DNA of 64,000 nt from a virus. Below, piece by piece: positions 8,697 through 17,688 of this stretch; the stretch's first letter is position 1; every line of letters begins with the position of its first letter. The stretch is from positions 1 to 64,000 of IMG/VR virus record IMGVR_UViG_3300043464_002317; one strand, 5' to 3'. Below the pieces are notes generated by a model that saw only the letters and a program-made list of their open reading frames with translations, ran no database searches and was not told where the DNA came from. A program made the position numbers and the translations under genes.

Positions 8697-9096
8697 TAGG
8701 GTTTTAACAACAAAAGAAATAATTAAAAGTTTTTGCGAGGATTATGGCTATGAAGAAGATTATGTTTATAAAATTTTTAAAACTGTACGAGACGATATAC
8801 TAAAAAACTTTGCAGAAGAGAAACCTGAGTTCAGAGTAAGAAAATTTGGAATGTTTTATTCTCCAGTTAAACTTACCGAGAGAACACTTAAGAAAACACG
8901 AGCAAAAGTAAAAGCAAGTGCTAAATACCCAAAGTTTCAAAAAAGGCATGACGACTTGAAAATCAAAGAGTTAAAACTTGAAAAAAGACTAGAAAACGCA
9001 AAGAAAAATAAAAAATTAATTGATAATTCAGTTCTTAGAATTAGAAATCCTTACGATAAAACAACAATGTCAATAAAAAGAATTAAAAATGCATAA
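8665..9096 (+). CDS. basic HU/IHF-like DNA-binding protein
   Basis: LTTKEIIK helix and EFRVRKFGMF resembling the HU 'I.GFGTF' motif; very Lys-rich. Confidence 0.55.
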   Translation: MQSVLSTKKSDRVLTTKEIIKSFCEDYGYEEDYVYKIFKTVRDDILKNFAEEKPEFRVRKFGMFYSPVKLTERTLKKTRAKVKASAKYPKFQKRHDDLKIKELKLEKRLENAKKNKKLIDNSVLRIRNPYDKTTMSIKRIKNA

Positions 9097-9685
9097 AATA
9101 AGACCTAAAAAAATAGCCGAAGGCTTTAGTAAAGCAGTTGTTTCTGCAACAATAGGGAACAAATCTGAAGAAGCTTCTTCTCGAATTTCTGTTTGCAATA
9201 ATTGCGAAAATTTAACAAAAATTAGAAGTTGCACTTTATGTGGTTGCCAAGTCGATGCAAAAGTAGAAGTTAATACAGAGTATTGCCCAGCAAATAAATG
9301 GGAAGATGTTAAAGTAATACCATCTTTAGGTGTAGGTATTAAAAACTTGTCTTCTGAAACAGCTACCTTGTCTCTTGCAGGCGAAAGAATTTATTTAGAA
9401 TTTAAACAAATTCAAAAACAAAATATCCCTGCTGAAATCAACTTACTTTTAATCAACGATAGGGCTAACTTTTTTGAAGAAAACCAAAAACTTACAAAAC
9501 TAAAATTAGTTGCCACTTGTGGGTGCACTATTTTAAACAAAATAAAGGAAGACCTTACAGATGGTGACGATACAGAAATAAAAGCTCAATACAACAATGC
9601 AGCATTAGGTACGTTTTCAAAAACTTTCATTATAAAATCAAACGAAATAGAATTTAGAATAACTTTAAAAGGAAAAACAGAATGA
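9089..9685 (+). CDS. Cys-rich Zn-ribbon-like domain fused to a DUF1573-like Ig domain
   Basis: CNNC..CTLCGC..CPANKW followed by ATCGCT...GTFSKTFIIKSN. Confidence 0.65.
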   Translation: MHKIRPKKIAEGFSKAVVSATIGNKSEEASSRISVCNNCENLTKIRSCTLCGCQVDAKVEVNTEYCPANKWEDVKVIPSLGVGIKNLSSETATLSLAGERIYLEFKQIQKQNIPAEINLLLINDRANFFEENQKLTKLKLVATCGCTILNKIKEDLTDGDDTEIKAQYNNAALGTFSKTFIIKSNEIEFRITLKGKTE

Positions 9686-9903
9686 GTGATGTAGTTAATA
9701 AAATGAGAAGAACTTTGATAAAAGATAAAGTTGGAGAATTAATTGATGAATGTCAAGACATGACTGTTCTTCAAGTTCTCTGCATAATCCTTAGAAAAGG
9801 TAACTTTAAAAATAAAAATTTAGACCTTTATCATCAAACAGACATCGAGTTAAACGAAATATTAACTAAATTATTAGAAGAAGTAAAACAAGAAGAAAAA
9901 TGA
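9682..9903 (+). CDS. hypothetical protein
   Basis: ATGA overlaps with both neighbours. Confidence 0.7.
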   Translation: MSDVVNKMRRTLIKDKVGELIDECQDMTVLQVLCIILRKGNFKNKNLDLYHQTDIELNEILTKLLEEVKQEEK

Positions 9904-10274
9904 AACAAGAAGAATTTGAAAAAGTCATAAATAATGGAGTAACTTATCACAGTGACCTTTATTTACAATTAAACAAAGAGCTTTCTGATATTGAAGATAA
10001 ACCAGAATACCTAAGTTTAAAACTAAGTATTGTTGGTTGGATGAATGTTTGTTTGATAAAATTAAAACTATTGCAACAAATATACGAGCCATTAGCAGGT
10101 AAAAAAATAACTCTTCAAGAAGAAATAGAATCAAAAGCATCTTTTATGCAAGAAGCTATTTTAAAATCTGACGGTTCTGTTGCTATACTTAACAATAAAA
10201 ATGAACCTGTATCTATAACACTATTAAAAGACACTATTGATTTAGCTTTAAAAACAAATGGCGACACCAAATAA
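9900..10274 (+). CDS. hypothetical helical protein (position compatible with terminase small subunit)
   Basis: Coupled ORF shortly upstream of terL; function suggested by position only. Confidence 0.6.
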   Translation: MKQEEFEKVINNGVTYHSDLYLQLNKELSDIEDKPEYLSLKLSIVGWMNVCLIKLKLLQQIYEPLAGKKITLQEEIESKASFMQEAILKSDGSVAILNNKNEPVSITLLKDTIDLALKTNGDTK

Positions 10275-10392
10275 TAGCAATACAATAAATCAACTAACAG
10301 AAGAAGATTTAAGAGATTTAAGAGAAATAATTTTAAATTCAAAAACTGTTACAATTAGAAGAGGTATTGAATTATTACAAAAATTAAAATAG
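10258..10392 (+). CDS. small hypothetical protein (44 aa)
   Basis: MATPNNSN...LQKLK translated by hand; its stop overlaps the 5' end of the tRNA. Confidence 0.4.
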   Translation: MATPNNSNTINQLTEEDLRDLREIILNSKTVTIRRGIELLQKLK

Positions 10393-10463
10393 CGAAGTAG
10401 AGCAGAGGTTAGCTTGCCAGCTTCATACGCTGGAGGTCGCAGGTTCAAATCCTGCCTTCGCAA
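10391..10463 (+). tRNA. tRNA-Met(CAT), initiator-like, CCA not encoded
   Basis: Full cloverleaf: acceptor AGCGAAG/CTTCGCA, D stem GAGC/GCTT, anticodon arm CCAGC-TTCATAC-GCTGG, T arm GCAGG-TTCAAAT-CCTGC. Confidence 0.93.
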
Positions 10464-10469
10464 CAAAAT

Positions 10470-13400
10470 ATGGAAACTATACAAAAACCAAAATTAGCTT
10501 ACAAAGATTTTCTAATCAATCAAAACCAACCTACAAGGGACAGCGCAGAGTATGTCCCTTTTTGGCTTAAACATATTGAATATTGCAAGTCTGGTGTTAG
10601 TGTAGGTGGAATAGAGATTTCTGGTTGGCTATATTGGCATTTAAATTTTTTCAAAATACCTGTAGATGAAAAAGATAAATACGGCAATAAGATACGTGTT
10701 ATCACATCACCACCTCTAAGAGATAACGAGTATTATTTGAATTGGGGGCGTGAAAAAGGTTACAAAGAACAAAAACCTATCATAATTTTCGGAAGTAGAC
10801 GTATTGCTAAATCAACTGTATTAGCCTCAGATATTTGTTATTCTCTATTTATTATGCTCAATAGTAATTCTGTTGTTATTGGAGCAAGTACAGTTGATAT
10901 TAATAATATTACAGATTATATTACATTTTTCTATTCAAATAGACCCGAATGTTTTTCAGATTTAATGAAATTTGGAGATTTTACAAGAGAAGGGGGCAAT
11001 GTAGAAATAGCTTTTAGTAAAAGAGAAACAACTAAAAAAGACCCAACAACAGGAAAGGCTGGACTTATTAATCCAATAACACCTCACTTGCTAAAAATAG
11101 GCAACGACAATAAATACATTTTTTCAACCCTTTCTGTTAGAAACTTAGAGTTTGGAACAAAGCACAATAAACAAGAAATGCTTGCAGGTATTACACCATC
11201 TAAGGTCATATTTGATGAGGTTGGTAAGTTTTCTTACTCTTTACCATTTTCAGCTTTAAAACCTGCCCTAATAGATTCTTTTGGAGAGTATCGTACAATC
11301 CCTATGTTTGTTGGGTGTTTAACAAAAGGAAATAAAGTATGGGACTCTGATGGAAATATGCTAAATATAGAGGATTTACAAAAGAACCAAGGGATAAAAG
11401 GATTTAGCATAAAAAATCAAGAGGTTACAAATGAAAAAATAACCTATTGGCAAAAACCATTTAAAAAACCATGTGTAAAAATTACAACAAATAAAGGTTT
11501 AGAAATAAGTTGCAGCACTGACCATCCTATTCTCTCAAGAAAATATTTAGAATCTCAAAAAAGAATTGGAAGAGCTATAAGTTTTGAAGAAGCCTCTAAA
11601 TTAAAAATCAATGATGTTGTTGCTGTTGCAGATATTATTCCCATTCAAGGGACTAAAAAAATGTGGAATCCATACTTAGTTGGTTGTTTAATAGGAGATA
11701 GCAGCTATGGTAAAGATAAAACACCAGTTCTTTCTAATGAGGATAATGAAATTTGGGAACATTTAGATAGTTTAAACATAAGTCATACAGTAGAAAAATC
11801 TTACACTACTAAAAAAAACAGATTATATAAAGAGGTAAGAATTAAAAGTATAACGCAAAAGTTACGAGAATTAGGAATTTATGGACAAACAAAAAAAGAC
11901 AAAGATTTGCCTATAAATATTCACTCTTATGATAAAGAATCTATATGTGAACTTATAGCTGGATTAATAGATACAGACGGTTGTATTTTAAATATTCCAT
12001 CAAACAGAAATATTACATTAACAAGTAGCTCTAAAAAACTTGTAGATAGTTTAAAACTTTTATTATTAAGAATCGGTATTCATTCAAATATTGATGTTAA
12101 AAGAGATAAAAGAATTGGCAGAAAAATAATGCCAAAAGAGGAGTTTTATTTGATAGGCATATATGATAAAGCATCCATAGATAGATTCTATGAAAATATT
12201 CCAATTAAAATTAACAGGAAAAAAGAAACTCTACAACAATTAGTCGACTACTATAAGAATAGAAAAAGTAAAAAAAGTCAGAAATATGCAGGTTTAAGGT
12301 TTGAAAAAATTTCAAAAATTGAAGATATAGGAGAACAAGAAGTCTATAATCTTACAGCTGGAACTACAAATACATATCTTGCTAATGGAATTGTTACCCA
12401 TAATACAGGGGGTGATATTGATAGCTCTAAAGACGCTGAAAGAGACTTCTTAAATGCGGAAGAAAATGGATTTCTAGCTGTAAATTCAGAAGAATATAAA
12501 AATTTAGTAACCGAGGGTAATTTTGAATACAAACAAAAAAGTAATTTAAAAACAGGTTTTTTTGCCCCTGCACAGATGTGTAATGCAGGAGGTGTGAAAA
12601 AAGAAATTCCTATATCCGCATACATTCGTAAATCTTATACTAATGAAGACTTAGAGGATTTAGAAGGTTTTATCATTCAAGTGACAGATTGGGTATCAGC
12701 TCCAGAGAACTTACAAAAAGAAATTCAAATAGAGGAGAAAAAATCAGATAAGGAAGGTAAAAAAGCTAAAATGTACTATCCTTTTCAACCAGAGGATTGT
12801 TTTTTATACTCTGGCAATAATCCTTTTCCAGTAGAAGAAGCTAAAGTTACCTTACAAAAAATAAAAGATTCTGGTAATATAGGAGAAAAAGTTATTTTAA
12901 AGCAAGAAATAAATGGAACTATAATTATTGAACCTTCAAGTAAGAGATTAATAGAAACCTACCCTTTTGAAGGAGGAACACACGATGCTCCATGTGTAAT
13001 GTACGAAAGACCAATTCATGATAACCCTTATGAAATTAGAAAAGGCATCTACGTAGCAGGATTTGACGGATATAAAATAGCAGAATCTAAAACAACAGAC
13101 TCTGTAGGTACTTTTTATATTTATAAGAGAATGTGTGGTTTGGATGGATTGCAAAATCAGATAGTGTTCAGTTTAGCAACTAGACCTCCAAAAGATGAAG
13201 ATTTTTATCAACAAGTTATGCTTGCTGTTTTAAAATATAACGCTGATTTACTTCCAGAACGAGATACTAATCTCTATAATTTTTTAGCAAATAAAAAAAT
13301 GGAACATCTTATTGTCAATTGTCAATCTGTTGTATTTAGATATACTCCAAACACAAATGCTAGTACAACCTATGGATTACCTGCCACACCGCAAAATAAA

Positions 13401-13712
13401 GAGCATTATCTTAAAATGATTCAAAAGTATTGTAATGATAATGTTTTAATAGGTTATACTGATAATGATGAACCTATAACCATAAAAGGAGTTGAAAGAA
13501 TAACAGACCCAATACTGTTAAAAGAGATAATAGATTATGGTAAAGAAAAAAATGCCGATAGATTAGCGGCTTTTGGACATGCCCTTGTTTGGGATAACGA
13601 GTTACAAACCAGAGGGGTTATCGCAACACAAGACCCATATAAACCACCAACACAAACAAAACCAGTTCGTAAACAATCCACATTTTCAACAATCATGGGA
13701 AGACACAGGTAA
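10470..13712 (+). CDS. terL: terminase large subunit with intein
   Basis: GSRRIAKS (Walker A), VIFDEVG (Walker B), VG|TGG, nuclease AGFDGY...DSVG and C-terminal ADRLAA; lies upstream of the portal. Confidence 0.92.
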   Translation: METIQKPKLAYKDFLINQNQPTRDSAEYVPFWLKHIEYCKSGVSVGGIEISGWLYWHLNFFKIPVDEKDKYGNKIRVITSPPLRDNEYYLNWGREKGYKEQKPIIIFGSRRIAKSTVLASDICYSLFIMLNSNSVVIGASTVDINNITDYITFFYSNRPECFSDLMKFGDFTREGGNVEIAFSKRETTKKDPTTGKAGLINPITPHLLKIGNDNKYIFSTLSVRNLEFGTKHNKQEMLAGITPSKVIFDEVGKFSYSLPFSALKPALIDSFGEYRTIPMFVGCLTKGNKVWDSDGNMLNIEDLQKNQGIKGFSIKNQEVTNEKITYWQKPFKKPCVKITTNKGLEISCSTDHPILSRKYLESQKRIGRAISFEEASKLKINDVVAVADIIPIQGTKKMWNPYLVGCLIGDSSYGKDKTPVLSNEDNEIWEHLDSLNISHTVEKSYTTKKNRLYKEVRIKSITQKLRELGIYGQTKKDKDLPINIHSYDKESICELIAGLIDTDGCILNIPSNRNITLTSSSKKLVDSLKLLLLRIGIHSNIDVKRDKRIGRKIMPKEEFYLIGIYDKASIDRFYENIPIKINRKKETLQQLVDYYKNRKSKKSQKYAGLRFEKISKIEDIGEQEVYNLTAGTTNTYLANGIVTHNTGGDIDSSKDAERDFLNAEENGFLAVNSEEYKNLVTEGNFEYKQKSNLKTGFFAPAQMCNAGGVKKEIPISAYIRKSYTNEDLEDLEGFIIQVTDWVSAPENLQKEIQIEEKKSDKEGKKAKMYYPFQPEDCFLYSGNNPFPVEEAKVTLQKIKDSGNIGEKVILKQEINGTIIIEPSSKRLIETYPFEGGTHDAPCVMYERPIHDNPYEIRKGIYVAGFDGYKIAESKTTDSVGTFYIYKRMCGLDGLQNQIVFSLATRPPKDEDFYQQVMLAVLKYNADLLPERDTNLYNFLANKKMEHLIVNCQSVVFRYTPNTNASTTYGLPATPQNKEHYLKMIQKYCNDNVLIGYTDNDEPITIKGVERITDPILLKEIIDYGKEKNADRLAAFGHALVWDNELQTRGVIATQDPYKPPTQTKPVRKQSTFSTIMGRHR
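11316..12404 (+). mobile_element. intein with LAGLIDADG homing endonuclease (363 aa)
   Basis: Starts CLTKG, block B STDHP, VGCLIGD and LIAGLIDTDG motifs, ends VYNLT...TYLANGIVTHN followed by Thr. Confidence 0.95.
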
Positions 13713-13715
13713 AAA

Positions 13716-13770
13716 CATAACATAAAAAGTTATATCTTACCAACTTTGTTTGATTTTTAGTATTTTCGCA
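13716..13770 (+). promoter_or_regulatory. palindrome-associated late promoter (portal)
   Basis: CATAAC-N7-GTTATA, then TATTTTCGCA 32 nt after GTTA. Confidence 0.65.
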
Positions 13771-13772
13771 CC

Positions 13773-16466
13773 ATGTCAGCATACAATGCCTTAATTTCAA
13801 GCACACGTTCGTCAGCAAATACTTTACCAGCCCAAGCTATACCTACAAAGGATAAAAATCAAACTTGGTTGGAGGATGTTTTAGATACATCTGAAAACAT
13901 AGGTATGGCTCAATACGAATACAATAAAAGAAAATTTGAAGATGCTTATGCTATCATAGACGGTTCGTTCAAATATAGCGATATTTCAAAATCTTCCCTA
14001 TTTTTAGCTGAAGTTGACTTTTTACGAAATCAAGCAGATTTATCTCAAAAATTAGAGAACTATGGTTTTATAGAACCCCTCGTCAATAAAATGACTATGG
14101 ATTTTATGAAAAAACCGCAACCTTTTATAATCACAGCTACAGACGAAATATCTACAAATGAGTATATTCGTGAAAAAACAGATAGACTATGGGAATATGT
14201 AGCTGGTAGATTGGAAGCTGAAATTAAAAAGAAAGCAATGAAGGCAGGATTTAATCCTGACCAAGAGTTTTCTTCTGAAGAAGAACAACAGCAATTTCAA
14301 CAACAATATCAAGAATTTTCAACTAAAAATACTCCAGAAGATATTGAAAGAGAAATGAACTCTTCTTGGAAAGCTCAGTATATAAAATGGGCAGAACTTA
14401 CTATCAAAGATGATTATAATAGATTTGATATTGATGAAATTGACAGGGATTTAGTTTACGATTATTTTATTACAGGTAGATGTTTTAAGCATTTTAAAGT
14501 ATCTTATGATAAATACTTTGTAGAAAGATGGTCTCCAATAGAGACTTTTGTTATTGGAGCACCAACAAGGTATCCAGAAGAAGCTGACGGTATTGGGCGT
14601 GTAAGACTTTTAACACCTACTAAGGTTTTAAAAGATTATGGGTATCTGCTAAACGAGAAGCAAACAGAAGAAATAACTGATAGCGATGACTATAAATCTA
14701 AACAAGGAGCTGGTAAAAGAATAGGTTCTGCAAAAGATTGGATTACTCAAGGCGGTGGAACATTAATGTACTCAGAACGACCAAATCCAATAAATAAAAA
14801 GAACTTAGAGTATATTCAATCTATTACAGGTATAGATTTAGGAATGACAGGGACATTTCCTAACGGAAATCTACCTTTATTTAACGAAAGAGAAGGTTTT
14901 TGGACAGTAAATCAAGTCCGAGTGACGGAGGTATATTGGACTTCTTTTCAAAAGATGTATGCTATCCGTATTAACGATAAAGTAGAAACTTTTTCTGATG
15001 AACTTTTACCAGAATTTTTTAAAGAAAATGGAATAAAAAAGCTTAAAGCTGTTTCTTTAGAACAATTTGAAAAAGACCCTCAAAACAACACTTACATAGT
15101 TTATTACCCACCACAAGTTTGGCAAGGAGTTAAAATATCAAAAGATAGTACAAACTTAGATGAAGATATATATTGGGGACAACCTTTAGATTTTCAGATT
15201 AAAGGGTTTAGTGATATTTATGATACACTACTACCTATTTCTGGGTTATTAGATAGAACAAGTGTAGTATCAAGGCTCGAAACATATCAACGAGATTATA
15301 ATATTGCAGTTAATATGGCTAGGGATTATATGGCTAAGGAATTAGGCAGCTTTTTGTTAATGGATTTTGCTTTTTTACCTACATATATTAAAGACTTAGG
15401 AGGGGATGAAGCTTTAGTAAAACTTATAGATACAGTAAAAGAACTAGGAATTTTACCTATTGACGGTTCAGCTCAGAATACTAAAGGCAGTAATTTTAAT
15501 CAATTTACAAGAGTTGATATAGATTACTCAAACAACATGCAAGGTAAACTTGCTTACGCATCAATGATAAAACAGCAAGCTTACGAACTTATTTTATCTA
15601 ATACAGCTGTAATGGGGCAGCAAAACGAACAATTAAGTCCAACAGGAGTTAAACAAGCAGTATCAGCCTCATTATCTCAAGTTGATTTTTGGTACGATAA
15701 GCTATCAAAAATGCAGTTAAGAGGCATACAAATACTTTTAAATGTTGCCCAATTTGCAAAAACAAATGGTAAAGATATTACTGTAAACTATGCAGATTCA
15801 GAAATCACAAGATATGTAATCAATAGTGTAGATAAATATATTACACTAAGACATTTCAGAATAACACCAGAAATAAACGCTAAAGGAAGAGCAGATTTAG
15901 AAATGCTAAAACAAACTTTCTTCCAAGATAATACTATTCAAAAAACATTAGAAGACATGACTCAGGTTATGTCTTCTGATAGTATCAGCCGAATATTGCA
16001 GTTGGCTAAACTAAGTAGACAACGTACAGAATTAATGCGGCAGCAAGAACAAATGGCACGGCAGCAAGAAATTCAAGCACAAGGAGAAGAACAAAGAAAA
16101 ACAGAAGAACTTCTACATGCTAATAAGTTAGAAGAAATTAGGTTAAAAGGTGAGATAGATTTAAATAAGCAAGCTATTCTTGCTTTAGGTTTTGCAGACG
16201 ATAAAGATGCAAATAAAAATAATGTACAAGATATTGTAGAACAATTAAATGCAGCTACAAACCGCCTTAAAGTAGAATACGGTAAAATATCTCAAGATAA
16301 TAAAATAGAGTCTGATAAATTAACTAAAGAAAGAGAATTTGCTCTTGAAAAAGAAGCCTTAATGGTGAAACAAGGAAATAACGAGGCTAAAAAATACGCA
16401 GCAGATAAAGCTTTAGAAATAGCAAGAGAAAACAAATACAGTTATGAAACAAATAAAAATAAATAA
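13773..16466 (+). CDS. portal protein (crAss-like)
   Basis: 897 aa between terL and the capsid genes; LPAQAIP..K...W N-terminus and coiled-coil C-terminus. Confidence 0.85.
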   Translation: MSAYNALISSTRSSANTLPAQAIPTKDKNQTWLEDVLDTSENIGMAQYEYNKRKFEDAYAIIDGSFKYSDISKSSLFLAEVDFLRNQADLSQKLENYGFIEPLVNKMTMDFMKKPQPFIITATDEISTNEYIREKTDRLWEYVAGRLEAEIKKKAMKAGFNPDQEFSSEEEQQQFQQQYQEFSTKNTPEDIEREMNSSWKAQYIKWAELTIKDDYNRFDIDEIDRDLVYDYFITGRCFKHFKVSYDKYFVERWSPIETFVIGAPTRYPEEADGIGRVRLLTPTKVLKDYGYLLNEKQTEEITDSDDYKSKQGAGKRIGSAKDWITQGGGTLMYSERPNPINKKNLEYIQSITGIDLGMTGTFPNGNLPLFNEREGFWTVNQVRVTEVYWTSFQKMYAIRINDKVETFSDELLPEFFKENGIKKLKAVSLEQFEKDPQNNTYIVYYPPQVWQGVKISKDSTNLDEDIYWGQPLDFQIKGFSDIYDTLLPISGLLDRTSVVSRLETYQRDYNIAVNMARDYMAKELGSFLLMDFAFLPTYIKDLGGDEALVKLIDTVKELGILPIDGSAQNTKGSNFNQFTRVDIDYSNNMQGKLAYASMIKQQAYELILSNTAVMGQQNEQLSPTGVKQAVSASLSQVDFWYDKLSKMQLRGIQILLNVAQFAKTNGKDITVNYADSEITRYVINSVDKYITLRHFRITPEINAKGRADLEMLKQTFFQDNTIQKTLEDMTQVMSSDSISRILQLAKLSRQRTELMRQQEQMARQQEIQAQGEEQRKTEELLHANKLEEIRLKGEIDLNKQAILALGFADDKDANKNNVQDIVEQLNAATNRLKVEYGKISQDNKIESDKLTKEREFALEKEALMVKQGNNEAKKYAADKALEIARENKYSYETNKNK

Positions 16467-16476
16467 CAAAGTTTGT

Positions 16477-16530
16477 TATAACTTTAAAAGTTACATATTT
16501 TAAAGATATACTTTTTGTAAGTATATTTGC
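16477..16530 (+). promoter_or_regulatory. palindrome-associated late promoter (scaffold/capsid operon)
   Basis: TATAAC-N7-GTTACA, then TATATTTG 32 nt after GTTA. Confidence 0.7.
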
Positions 16531-16563
16531 ATCACAACCAATCAAATAACCAATCAAAGACAT

Positions 16564-17673
16564 ATGGCTGAAAAAGAAGAAATCGTTCTTGGAGAGATTA
16601 ATCTCGAAGATATTACTGGAGAAGCACAAACGTTCTCACCTGTAGTCGAATCAGAAAAAGATAAAAAGAAAAACGAAACTGTTAAAAAACTAGAGGATAC
16701 TTTTTCTTTAGGAGAAAGTTTAACATTCGACCAAGAAGAAGAAGATACAGAAGAAAAAGCCGATAAGGAAAAAACAAAGACTGAAGAAGTTAAAACGGTA
16801 AAAGAGGTAGAGAATGATTCTGAATCTGATTTTACAAAAGAAGTAAAAAAACTAATAAAAAAAGGTCTTTTTGAAGATTTTGAAGTTTCTGAAGGTGTTA
16901 ATTTTTCTGAATTTGAAGGAGAAATAACTAAAGAAGAATACGAAGACATTCTTAAAAATCAAGAATCTTGGAAAAAAGAAAAACTTGAAGACGACCTTCT
17001 TTCCTCTTTAGAAGATGAAGAGAGAGAATTTATAGAGTTTAAGAAGAACGGAGGAAATCTTGACGATTTTGTTGCTACGTATAATTACAAAAAACAAGCA
17101 CAAAATCTTGAAATTGAAACAGATAACGGTAAAAAAAGAGTTATATATGCCTACTATAAAAATTTTGTAGGTTGGGATGATAACAGAATTTTAAAGTTCA
17201 TTGATAGAGAAGAAAAAGATTTAGGCTTAGACGATGAAGCCAAACGTGCTTACGATTTTATAAACAAACAATCCGAGCAAGCTCATCAACAAACTATAAA
17301 ACAACAGGAAGAGCTCCAAAAAAAACAACAAGAATTAGACGCTCAATATAAAGAGCAACTAAAAGATTCTTTGAAAAAAGAAGGAGTAGACTCAAAAAAA
17401 GTACAAACTATCGTTAAAGCCTACACGGAAAAAGATGAAAGAGGTTTAACAGAGGTAGATAAAATGTATATTTCTTTGAGAAATAACCCTGAAAAAACAA
17501 ACTTACTTTTCCAACTTTTAAGTAACCCAGAAGGTTTCTTAGAAGAAAAGAAGAAAAATATAAAAAACGACACTAAACTTGAAGAGGTTAAAAAAATAAT
17601 GTTTAGAAAACCAAAAGTAACTTCAGAAAGAGAGTCTCAATCAACAGATAGATTTAAAGAAATTTTCGGATAA
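16564..17673 (+). CDS. acidic coiled-coil protein, putative capsid scaffold
   Basis: E/D/K-rich 369 aa between portal and major capsid genes. Confidence 0.65.
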   Translation: MAEKEEIVLGEINLEDITGEAQTFSPVVESEKDKKKNETVKKLEDTFSLGESLTFDQEEEDTEEKADKEKTKTEEVKTVKEVENDSESDFTKEVKKLIKKGLFEDFEVSEGVNFSEFEGEITKEEYEDILKNQESWKKEKLEDDLLSSLEDEEREFIEFKKNGGNLDDFVATYNYKKQAQNLEIETDNGKKRVIYAYYKNFVGWDDNRILKFIDREEKDLGLDDEAKRAYDFINKQSEQAHQQTIKQQEELQKKQQELDAQYKEQLKDSLKKEGVDSKKVQTIVKAYTEKDERGLTEVDKMYISLRNNPEKTNLLFQLLSNPEGFLEEKKKNIKNDTKLEEVKKIMFRKPKVTSERESQSTDRFKEIFG

Positions 17674-17688
17674 AAACAAAAAAACAAA

